This document shows positions 28,857 to 36,571 of a DNA stretch of 64,000 nt, piece after piece (the first letter of the stretch is position 1; each line of letters opens with the position of its first letter). This DNA comes from a bacterium. Lineage in GTDB: Bacteria; Patescibacteriota; Minisyncoccia; Phycocordibacterales; UBA12079. The notes beneath the pieces are model-generated. The model did no database searches, was not told the origin of the DNA, and was given only the letters and a program-made list of their open reading frames with translations. The stretch spans positions 3,327 to 67,326 of the forward strand of contig JAGYLJ010000003.1 in assembly GCA_018401295.1 (NCBI GenBank). Direction: 5' to 3'. Made by a program: the position numbers and the translations under genes.

Positions 28857-28960
28857 AATACTTTAGTTGAAAGCCTGTAAGGTCCAAAGTCGAAAGCAGA
28901 AAATTAGCTTCGCTAATTTTTCCAACTTTATAGGCTTTATGAACTTTATGGACTTTTGAC
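28857..28960 (-). promoter_or_regulatory. Paralogous copy of the groEL-upstream element, immediately upstream of groES: ATAAAGT repeats, hairpin AAAATTAGC-GAA-GCTAATTTT, CTTTCGACTTTGGACCTTACAGGCTTT
   Basis: Read directly. TTAGC-N3-GCTAA recalls the outer half of CIRCE, but canonical CIRCE is absent. Confidence 0.45.
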
Positions 28961-29019
28961 TTTTTTAATTAACTATTAAGCGACTATATTATATTAATGT
29001 GAATTTCCTCTGTCAAATT

Positions 29020-30129
29020 TTATTCATCTTTATCTGGTTTATCTATTAAAATCGGCTCAATTTCTACTGAATCACCAGTAATTTTGTAAACATCTTTATC
29101 TATTTTGTTCAATTCTTTACGCGAAGCATTAAAATGGTTAACTGTTGTAGCTAAAGAAGTTCCTAACTTTGTATGATAAGAATCATAAGCTTTTATATGA
29201 GCTTGTAATTTTTCAACATTTTTAATTATTTCTTTAGCTGATTCTTCTACTTTAAAAGCTTTAAATCCTTGCAAAATTGTACTCAAATAAGCCACAAAGG
29301 TTGTAGGAGAAACAATAATAACCTTTCTGTCCCTATAGGCATATTCAATCAATGATTTCATATTACTTTTAATTCCACCAACTTCATCAACTAACAAATC
29401 ATAATAGATGGCCTCGGCCGGAATATACATAATTGCAAAAGGTAATGTTCCCTCTTTAATTTTTATATACTTTGAAGTTTCGTCAATCCTCTTTTTTAAG
29501 TCATTCTTAAATTCTTTCTCTAAAATTATTTTTCTATTTTCGTCCTCTTCATTAATTACTCGATTATAATTATCTAATGAAAATTTAGCGTCTACTGGAA
29601 TTATTCCATCTTTAGCAAAAATTACAGCATCAACAACATCCCCATCCTTAAAAGGATATTGCATTTTGTAAGCGGTTGGAGGAAGAATATTCCCTAAAAT
29701 CAAATCTAAGCCGGCTTCTCCAAGGCTTCCTCTCTGCTTTTGATTTTTTAAAACTTTTTCAAGATTTTGTAGTTGTTCCGTCATCCCGAAAACTTGTTTA
29801 TTAGTTTCAGTAATTTCAGTAATCTTTTCTGTAACGTCTTTTATTATTTTTTGAGAATTATTAGCAATGTCGTTCATTAATTTTTGTGATTCACCAAACT
29901 GACTCTTAACCGATTCACTCATTAATTTTGAGGACTCACCAATTTTTAAATCTAAAGTTTTATTTAGATCATTCATCTGACCCTGTAACATCAAAAAACT
30001 CTTCTCATCTGCACTAATATCCTTATTTTCGCGGTCTTTTTTGATTTGTTTGAATATAAACCACAAAAAAATAACATTCAATACAAGAATTGATACTACT
30101 GGAATCAAAATAAAAACCAAGTCAGACAT
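29020..30129 (-). CDS. rmuC: DNA recombination protein RmuC
   Basis: N-terminal TM, coiled coil, and the C-terminal RmuC nuclease-like region (IVSPTTFVAYLSTILQGF...). Confidence 0.8.
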   Translation of the reverse strand: MSDLVFILIPVVSILVLNVIFLWFIFKQIKKDRENKDISADEKSFLMLQGQMNDLNKTLDLKIGESSKLMSESVKSQFGESQKLMNDIANNSQKIIKDVTEKITEITETNKQVFGMTEQLQNLEKVLKNQKQRGSLGEAGLDLILGNILPPTAYKMQYPFKDGDVVDAVIFAKDGIIPVDAKFSLDNYNRVINEEDENRKIILEKEFKNDLKKRIDETSKYIKIKEGTLPFAIMYIPAEAIYYDLLVDEVGGIKSNMKSLIEYAYRDRKVIIVSPTTFVAYLSTILQGFKAFKVEESAKEIIKNVEKLQAHIKAYDSYHTKLGTSLATTVNHFNASRKELNKIDKDVYKITGDSVEIEPILIDKPDKDE

Positions 30130-30189
30130 ATCGCCATTATACTACAAAACTCAGTTTAATTTAAATATCAGAAAAACTATACATTCCGT

Positions 30190-32850
30190 TTATTTAACAG
30201 CCACAGCACCAATTAGATTTTGTGCAAATATTTTTTTCTCCTTCCTTCTAAAAAAGAAATACTTAGCAATCTCAATTAGGAAAACATCAAATAAACCTAA
30301 TCCAACAAGAATTAAGAAATCAAATAAATTAAGAGAAGTCGTATGAAGAATTGTCCTCAAAAAAGGGATTGAGAAAGAAGCCACCACCATTATCATTCCT
30401 GACAACCAAGCCATGATTAAGAACTTATTTCCTAGAATATTAATTTTCCAAAGGGGTTTGGTAAAAGATTTAAGAGAAAAAGCGAAGAACAAAGAGTCGA
30501 CAGAGAGAGCGACAAAGACAATTGTCCTAATCTCATCTAATGGTAAATCAAGTTTTATTAAAATGAAATACAACAATGTTATTATTGAACCTGTCGCTAA
30601 GCCAACAAATATTATCATTTTTTTAAGATTAGAGTTTAGAATTTCCTTTTCAGCTATAAAACGCCCTTCTCTTTTTTCATCCTTTTCCTTTGGTTCAAAA
30701 ACAAAAGAAAAATTCATTAAACCCTCCTCAACAATATTTATCCATAAAATTTGAGAGGCCAATAAAGGTAATGGTAAACCAAAAGCTAACGCACCACCAA
30801 TAACTAACACTTCGCTGGAACTAGTTGATAACAAATAAGCAACAATTTTTTTTAAATTACTAACAACTCTTCTCCCTTCTTCAATAGCGTAAACAATAAC
30901 GGAAAAACTATTATTCAAGAGAATCATATCTGCTGATTCCTTGGCTACTTCTGTCCCCCCCTCAACAGCAATCCCAACATTGGCGTTTCTTAGAGCGGGA
31001 GCGTCATTAATACCATCCCCTGTCATTGCAATTATTTCACCAGAACCCTTTAAAATTTTAGATATTCTTAATTTTTGAGAAGGGCTCATTCTTGCAAAAA
31101 CATTTACTTTTCCTAGTGCTACTTTTAACTCCTTATTGCTCATCTCATCAATATCTTTTCCTTCTAAAACTCTACCACCCTTTTTAATAATTCCTGCTTC
31201 CTCCGCTATTTTCTGTGCAGTTCCTTTGTTATCACCAGTCAACATGATCGTCCTGACTCCTAATTTTTCAGAAGTTTGTATCGCCTCTCTAACATCTTCC
31301 CTAATAGGGTCATCAAAAGCCAAAAGACCACAGAAAACTAAATCTTCTAAAGCATCCCCTTTAATTTTTTCTGCAGTAAATAATCTTGAGGCAATTGCAG
31401 TTAATCGCATTCCTTGTCTAGTTTTTTCTTCTAGGATGTTTTCAAAATACTCCATGTCATTCTTGGTCATCTTCACCTTTTTGTTTCCTTTTAATACAAA
31501 TCTAGATTTATTTAAAAGGGTCCCGGGTCGACCAGAAATATAAATTTGTTTTTTACCCTTTCCATGTTCATTTAAAGAAGCCGAGTAACCATTGTCGGAT
31601 GAAAATAATAACAAATCTAATCTTTTATTGCCCTCCTTTAGTTCATCTTGACTAATCCCTTGCTCTAATCCCGCCGAAATAATTGCTTTCTCTAAAGGAC
31701 GACCATTTATTATCAATTCACTTTTTTCGTCTCTTTCAATAAAAGCATCAGAGGTAAGAATAGCCCTTTTTAAGACCTCTTTTTTTTCTTCCTCTGAATT
31801 ACTAAGGGTTAGTATCTGAGATAATTTCATTTCGGCTTTTGTGATAGTCCCAGTTTTATCTGTTAAAATAACAGAGACATTCCCCATAGTTTCTGGTGCT
31901 AAAAGATTCTTAACCAAACCACCTTTTTTTAAAATCTCTTTCATACCAACTGCTAAAACGGAAGTCATAGCAATAGGAAGCCCTTGGGGAATAGCAGAAA
32001 TAGCAACGGCAATTGAAACTAGCAACATATTTGAGTAACTTTCACCATGGTAAACACCAACTGCAAAAATAATTATAACTGAGGTTAAAATAACGACAAA
32101 CAAAAATCTAACTAATTTATCTAGTTTTCTTTTCAAAGGAGTACTCATCTCAAAGTTCGACATATCCTCAGAAATTTCTCCCAACTGAGTGTTTTGTCCC
32201 GTCTCAACAACTACACCCTTACCATAACCATCAGAAACTAGAGTCCCCATCCACAGTAAATTAGTTTGATCTAATAAAGACGGATCAAGACCTCTTATTG
32301 GACCAGTATCTTTAGAAACTCCTATCCATTCACCTGTTAGAGTTGCTTCATTTATTAATAAATCCTTATTTTCAATTAACCTAATATCAGCAGGAACCGA
32401 AGAACCAGCTACTAATAAAACAATATCTCCTCTAACCAACTCCTCTACTGGAACAACCTTTTGTAGCCCCCCACGAACAACAGTGGCATACTTTTTCTGA
32501 GCAGTATTCAACTTCTCAAAAGCTTTATCAGCTTTATTTTCTTGTAATATGCCAACAACCAAATTAATAATAACAACAAGAAAAACAATAATAGCATCTA
32601 GAAATTGACCCAAAACAATGGCAATTATTCCAGCGATGATTAAAACAAAAGCCATTGGACTCTTTAGGTGATTAAATACTTTTTTAAGAAAAGTTATCTG
32701 TCTATCCTGATTTAACACATTCTTCCCATGGATCTTTTGTAATTGAAAAACCTCTGTCTCATCTAATCCTTTTTCTAAATCAGTTTTTAATTTTTTTTCT
32801 AACTCTTTTTTAGTAAGACTATACCAATTATTTTTTATTTTTGTTATCAT
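30190..32850 (-). CDS. P-type cation-transporting ATPase (type II-like)
   Basis: TGEW..., DKTGTIT, MTGDGINDAPAL; ten TM helices. The M4 motif reads IPQGLP rather than PEGLP. Confidence 0.85.
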   Translation of the reverse strand: MITKIKNNWYSLTKKELEKKLKTDLEKGLDETEVFQLQKIHGKNVLNQDRQITFLKKVFNHLKSPMAFVLIIAGIIAIVLGQFLDAIIVFLVVIINLVVGILQENKADKAFEKLNTAQKKYATVVRGGLQKVVPVEELVRGDIVLLVAGSSVPADIRLIENKDLLINEATLTGEWIGVSKDTGPIRGLDPSLLDQTNLLWMGTLVSDGYGKGVVVETGQNTQLGEISEDMSNFEMSTPLKRKLDKLVRFLFVVILTSVIIIFAVGVYHGESYSNMLLVSIAVAISAIPQGLPIAMTSVLAVGMKEILKKGGLVKNLLAPETMGNVSVILTDKTGTITKAEMKLSQILTLSNSEEEKKEVLKRAILTSDAFIERDEKSELIINGRPLEKAIISAGLEQGISQDELKEGNKRLDLLLFSSDNGYSASLNEHGKGKKQIYISGRPGTLLNKSRFVLKGNKKVKMTKNDMEYFENILEEKTRQGMRLTAIASRLFTAEKIKGDALEDLVFCGLLAFDDPIREDVREAIQTSEKLGVRTIMLTGDNKGTAQKIAEEAGIIKKGGRVLEGKDIDEMSNKELKVALGKVNVFARMSPSQKLRISKILKGSGEIIAMTGDGINDAPALRNANVGIAVEGGTEVAKESADMILLNNSFSVIVYAIEEGRRVVSNLKKIVAYLLSTSSSEVLVIGGALAFGLPLPLLASQILWINIVEEGLMNFSFVFEPKEKDEKREGRFIAEKEILNSNLKKMIIFVGLATGSIITLLYFILIKLDLPLDEIRTIVFVALSVDSLFFAFSLKSFTKPLWKINILGNKFLIMAWLSGMIMVVASFSIPFLRTILHTTSLNLFDFLILVGLGLFDVFLIEIAKYFFFRRKEKKIFAQNLIGAVAVK

Positions 32851-33344
32851 TGAAATTATTATACTATAATTTTAAAAAAAATATGTTATATGAACAAATA
32901 AAGAATAGCCTCAAAGAGGCTATGAAAAACAGAGATACTTTAAAGATAACTACTTTACGTGGAATTTTAGCTGGTTTTACTAACGAACTTATCAACCAAA
33001 AAATGAAACCTCAGGATGAAGTAACAGATGAACTAGCTATGACAGTAATTAAGAGAGCAGTAAAACAAAGAAAAGACTCTATTGAACAATTTGAAAAAGG
33101 TGAACGAGAAGATCTAGTTAAAATTGAAAAATCAGAACTAGAAATTTTAGAAAAATACTTACCAATAATGATGAATAGGGAGGAAATACAGAAAATAGCA
33201 ACAACCAGAAAAACCGAATTAGGAATTGAAGATAAATCTAAAATAGGTATTTTAATAGGAGCTGTTCTAAAAGATATAAAAACCGCCGGCGCTAGCGCCG
33301 ACGGTGGTGAAGTTAAAAAAGTTATCGAAGAACTCTTTGATTAA
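32841..33344 (+). CDS. GatB/YqeY-domain protein
   Basis: MLYEQIKNSLKEAMKNRDTLKITTLRGILA is the YqeY family N-terminus. Confidence 0.75.
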   Translation: MLSLKLLYYNFKKNMLYEQIKNSLKEAMKNRDTLKITTLRGILAGFTNELINQKMKPQDEVTDELAMTVIKRAVKQRKDSIEQFEKGEREDLVKIEKSELEILEKYLPIMMNREEIQKIATTRKTELGIEDKSKIGILIGAVLKDIKTAGASADGGEVKKVIEELFD

Positions 33345-33771
33345 AGTTTCCATTACACCCTGTTTTGGATAAAGGGAGCCCCTTTCTTTTCCCGTTACCA
33401 TTTCCGTTTCCGTTGCCGTTAACCTTCACTGTGTTTGCTGTCTTCAAAAGAACCATTACTCTGCCATTTTTGTAATGATTCTTTTTCCTTTCATAACTTC
33501 TAACTAATTCCTTAAGTGTGTCAAAGTCTTCTCCTTTCAAAAAATGACGGTGTAACTCCAAATACTGTTCCTTGGTAAACTTCACCACCTCTGGGATTAT
33601 TTTTTCGATCATGTCATGGCATTCTCCACACAAGAAAATGGTAGCCAAATTACCATTACCGTTTCCGAACCATCTTTTCGGAAAGACATGGTGTTTGGAC
33701 AGCCATCTTGTTTTTAAACAACAAATTCGAGGGCATAATCCCATTCTAGAGCCGCGGCGTGTTTTTCCCAA
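33322..33771 (-). CDS. Small HNH endonuclease with a Cys4 zinc finger and Gly-Asn repeat loops; GC-rich. The start may be the internal Met at 33744.
   Basis: CPRICC...LSKHHVFPKRWFGNGNGNLATIFLCGECHD is the HNH His-Me finger (HH...N...H flanked by CxxC). GNGNGNGNG is repeated near the C-terminus. It overlaps the convergent YqeY gene by 23 nt. Confidence 0.6.
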   Translation of the reverse strand: MGKTRRGSRMGLCPRICCLKTRWLSKHHVFPKRWFGNGNGNLATIFLCGECHDMIEKIIPEVVKFTKEQYLELHRHFLKGEDFDTLKELVRSYERKKNHYKNGRVMVLLKTANTVKVNGNGNGNGNGKRKGLPLSKTGCNGNFNQRVLR

Positions 33772-33923
33772 AATAGTTCTCCTTTCAAAATCAAATTAAA
33801 AGTTAACAAAGAAGACACTTACAAAATACAACCTGAAATTTAGACTACCTCCAAACAAGAAAAAAAGCAACCTTAAAAGGTGCCGGTCACCTTTTATACA
33901 AAAAAGGTGGCTGACACTTTTTT

Positions 33924-34030
33924 CATCTTCCGACTTTCGACCCCGCACGAAAGCCAAGCAGTTGACTTTCTCCCTCAGCAAAAATTAAAAAGCCTTTCGG
34001 CTTTTAATTTTGTGCTGAGGGGCGGGCTCG
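33924..34030 (-). repeat. About 107-bp direct repeat (R1') of the tRNA-Phe 3' 18 nt plus its downstream hairpin module; the partner copy is at 34123-34232 with a 199-bp period
   Basis: Aligned by eye at about 95% identity. It includes CCGACTTTCGACCCC, the hairpin GAAAGCCAA-GCAG-TTGGCTTTC, and a 19-21-bp palindrome that incorporates the acceptor 3' strand. Confidence 0.6.
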
Positions 34031-34214
34031 GTCACAAGTTACTAATAATTTTATTCGTGCTTCGCACTCTAAAATTATAAGTACTTTCGACCCCGTCTCA
34101 GTGTTGCTCCCTACGATAGCAACATCTTCCGACTTTCGACCCCGCACGAAAGCCAAGCAGTTGGCTTTCTCCCTCAGCACAAAATAAAAATAGCCTTACG
34201 GCTATTTTATTTTG

Positions 34215-34287
34215 TGCTGAGGGGCGGGCTCGAACCGCCGACCCTTCGCTCTTCAGGCGAATGCTCTACCAACTGAGCTACCTCAGC
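34215..34287 (-). tRNA. tRNA-Phe (anticodon GAA)
   Basis: GCTGAGG-TA-GCTC-AGTTGGTA-GAGC-A-TTCGC-CTGAAGA-GCGAA-GGGTC-GGCGG-TTCGAGC-CCGCC-CCTCAGC-A. Confidence 0.85.
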
Positions 34288-34446
34288 ATATCTTATTTTT
34301 AATATATTACTCTATTAACAACTTATTGAAAACCATCCTCATTCTTGCTCATGCTCTTCCTCCTATTTCCTATCTCGCTTCGCTCGATATAGGAAATTTT
34401 TTCTTTCAGAAAAATCGGATAAAAAACAAAGCAGTTTGTTTTTTAT

Positions 34447-34466
34447 CCAACTGAGCTACCTCAGCA
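34447..34466 (-). other. Copy of tRNA-Phe nt 1-19 followed directly by a terminator hairpin (AAAACAAA-CTGC-TTTGTTTT plus T-run), 160 nt upstream of the intact gene
   Basis: ccaactgagctacctcagca is the reverse complement of TGCTGAGGTAGCTCAGTTGG. Confidence 0.5.
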
Positions 34467-34915
34467 TTATAATTTGATTTTCAAAAAACCACCTTTAATT
34501 ATTTTGCCTTATACTGCACTTTAATATCAGCTGAACCTTGTCCCCGTCTTGATCAGGTATCTCAGCGTTTCTCTACTTCGATTATATTACCTTATTATCA
34601 ATAATTTTCAATCAAGCTAGACAAAACTATCTTAAAAACCTAATTTTGGAAAAGAAGATTTTTATACATATCTATATAAGGCTGAACGAAATAATAAGCA
34701 CCAAAAGAGGCCCCTATAATTATTACCCAATAAAAATACGGGCAATATTTCCAATAAATTGCTTACCCCTCCGCATCTTTCTTAGCATCTCTTGATTCTC
34801 TCTTGCAACTTCTAAGTTCTCCTTATTATAGAAAAAATTTGGGTTCTCCCTTATTATTCTTCTATCCTCTGGATCCATGGATTAATTTTATCACAAATAT
34901 CTTTTAATAAAAACA

Positions 34916-34953
34916 CTCACTTCGTTCGCTTGTGCTCTCGGCAGGAATCGGAC
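34916..34953 (-). repeat. Direct repeat of the tRNA-Arg 3' 21 nt plus 17 nt of flank; the partner is at 35103-35140
   Basis: 38/38 identical: ctcacttcgttcgcttgtgctctcggcaggaatcggac. Confidence 0.6.
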
Positions 34954-35119
34954 ACAAATCACTAAATATATTTCTTCGCTTCGCTCGAAATCTATTAAGT
35001 GTTCGCGACCCCGCCTCATTATTGTTCGCTATCGCTCACAATATATTCCGGCTTTCGATTCCTGACACGAGCCAAGCAGTTGGCTCGTTCCGAGAGCACA
35101 ACCTCACTTCGTTCGCTTG

Positions 35120-35191
35120 TGCTCTCGGCAGGAATCGGACCTGCTTCTAGACGTTAGGAGTGTCTTGTTCTATCCATTGAACTACGAGAGC
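35120..35191 (-). tRNA. tRNA-Arg (anticodon CCU)
   Basis: GCTCTCG-TA-GTTC-AATGGATA-GAAC-A-AGACA-CTCCTAA-CGTCT-AGAA-GCAGG-TCCGATT-CCTGC-CGAGAGC-A, with one A/C mismatch closing the anticodon stem. Confidence 0.75.
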
Positions 35192-35204
35192 ATTATGAGA
35201 AATT

Positions 35205-35294
35205 ATTATTCCTGCCCTGTCGACGGGTAGCCGACAAAGCGACTATCCATTGCCAACCCTAGGCTGGTCAGCCTTGGACTGAAACTACGAGAGC
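35205..35294 (-). other. tRNA-Arg-like 5' fragment (GCTCTCGTAGTT) followed by about 75 nt of GC-rich structured sequence. No T-arm or acceptor 3' strand, so either a pseudo-tRNA or a small RNA.
   Basis: Its first 12 nt are identical to the tRNA-Arg 5' end. It contains the hairpins GGCTG-ACC-CAGCC and GTCGGC..GTCGAC. Confidence 0.3.
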
Positions 35295-35326
35295 AAATTT
35301 AGGAATTTAATCCTAAATTTTTATTT

Positions 35327-35560
35327 TTATAAACCTAGTAAATCAGAAATTCTAGCTTGATCAAAACCAACCACAATCTCTCCTCCTATTTCAATCACAG
35401 GTACACCCATTTGGCCACTTTTATCTACTAATTCTTGCCTCTTTTTTTCATCAATAGAAACATCAAATACTTCCACAGGAACATTATTTTCATCAAAAAA
35501 ATCTTTGGCTAAATTACAATAACCACAAGTTGGAGTTGAATACATTTTTACTTTTTTCAT
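35327..35560 (-). CDS. Glutaredoxin-like protein (NrdH/Grx family)
   Basis: YSTPTCGYCNLAKDFF...GVPVIEIGGEIVVGFD (CxxC thioredoxin fold). Confidence 0.75.
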   Translation of the reverse strand: MKKVKMYSTPTCGYCNLAKDFFDENNVPVEVFDVSIDEKKRQELVDKSGQMGVPVIEIGGEIVVGFDQARISDLLGL

Positions 35561-35644
35561 CTTATTTTTTGTATTAATTTAATAATATGTTCATCTTACT
35601 ATCTTTGTAAAAAATTTCCAAATATATTAGACAAACTTAATCTC

Positions 35645-35663
35645 TGTGCGGGATACGGAAATC
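35645..35663 (-). repeat. Direct repeat of the tRNA-Gly 3' 17 nt (plus 2 nt of flank), about 203 bp downstream of the intact gene
   Basis: tgtgcgggatacggaaatcg is identical to 35847-35866. Confidence 0.55.
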
Positions 35664-35848
35664 GGTCAGCTTCGCTCGATATTTTGCACCTTTGAAAAAG
35701 GTACAAAATATCTGAGCTACCCGACTCGCGCTCGGGCTGTCCGCCTCCACTACGTTTCGGCGGGCTTCACCAGCCCTCGGTTCAATTTCTGTATTCCAGT
35801 ACAAAAATATACTTCTCAAACGCTATCGCGTTTGTTTCGTTATTTTTG

Positions 35849-35919
35849 TGCGGGATACGGAAATCGAATCCGTGATTCAACCTTGGGAAGGTCGTGTTAT
35901 ACCACTTAACTAATCCCGC
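35849..35919 (-). tRNA. tRNA-Gly (anticodon CCC)
   Basis: GCGGGAT-TA-GTTA-AGTGGTA-TAAC-A-CGACC-TTCCCAA-GGTTG-AATC-ACGGA-TTCGATT-TCCGT-ATCCCGC-A. Its 5' 10 nt overlap the upstream CDS end. Confidence 0.8.
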
Positions 35920-36293
35920 AAAAAACTCAAAATTTTTGTCCAAAAACTTTCTTTTGGTGAACTCTCTTGTATACCATTAACATCTCCAACAGAATTTATA
36001 ATCACTGCTAATTGTTCCCCTTCTTTCACTACCCTAAATTTATCCCTAATTTCAGTTTCAATTCCTTTTTCAGTTTCTAGCATCTCTATTTCCGAAATCA
36101 TAGAAGAACTCCTGTCTTGTAATTCATTATATTCTTCTTCTGAAGTTATTTTATTATTATAAGAAATTTCCCTGCTTTTATAAACACCCCAAACACCTTT
36201 TGCTGTCAACAACACTAATATTAGTAATACTATCAAAACAGGCCAAGAATAAACAACCCTTTTTATTTTATTTTTACTTTTTAAACGTGACAT
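35910..36293 (-). CDS. FtsB/DivIC-like septum-formation initiator (single TM plus coiled coil)
   Basis: N-terminal basic stretch, TM (VVYSWPVLIVLLILVLL) and a coiled coil (EYNELQDRSSSMISEIEMLETEKGIETEIRDKFR). Confidence 0.55.
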   Translation of the reverse strand: MSRLKSKNKIKRVVYSWPVLIVLLILVLLTAKGVWGVYKSREISYNNKITSEEEYNELQDRSSSMISEIEMLETEKGIETEIRDKFRVVKEGEQLAVIINSVGDVNGIQESSPKESFWTKILSFLRD

Positions 36294-36448
36294 ATTTTAT
36301 TTAATTGAAAAAGACTAATTAAAAGTATAATATATAGAATATGTTATTTGATAAAAAAAGTAAAAAGTTTATTCAAATTTCTTGGATTGTCATAGGGATC
36401 TTAGTAGCTGTCAGTATGGTAGCTATGTATGTTCCTATGTGGCAATAA

Positions 36449-36571
36449 GTACAGTCGAGAGCCTATAAAGTTTTTAAATTCAAAGGTAAAAATTTGCTCT
36501 GCAAATTTTTCTTACTTTACAGACTTTCGACTTTATGGACCTTATAAACTTATCTTGCTGGTAGGCAAGAC
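36449..36571 (-). repeat. Third copy of the composite ATAAAGTC / hairpin / GACTTT element (hairpin AAAATTTGC-AGA-GCAAATTTT), plus a second hairpin TCTTGC-TGGTAG-GCAAGA, between the lepA stop and the ftsB-like gene
   Basis: Read directly. It shares CCATAAAGTC, GTCGAAAGTC and CTTTATAAAC with the groES/groEL elements. Confidence 0.45.

Noticed and set aside
28857-29019. CIRCE/HrcA operator upstream of groES
   Set aside because: No TTAGCACTC-N9-GAGTGCTAA is present on either strand. Only a short TTAGC-N3-GCTAA hairpin, which is reported separately as a novel element.
34722-34877. 51-aa minus-strand ORF (MDPEDRRIIRENPNFFYNKENLEVARENQEMLRKMRRGKQFIGNIARIFIG) in the 630-bp ORF-free spacer
   Set aside because: No RBS and no recognisable family; the spacer is otherwise repeat-rich. 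Kept only as a note.
33796-35150. ORFs 33796-33981(-), 33880-34080(+) and 34932-35150(+) in the tRNA cluster
   Set aside because: They lie across tRNA flanks, direct repeats and palindromes, have no RBS, and their translations are repeat-derived.
36342-36448. 35-aa + strand ORF (MLFDKKSKKFIQISWIVIGILVAVSMVAMYVPMWQ) between the ftsB-like gene and lepA
   Set aside because: Plausible tiny membrane peptide, but it is below the track threshold, has no clear RBS, and overlaps the repeat element. Not enough support.
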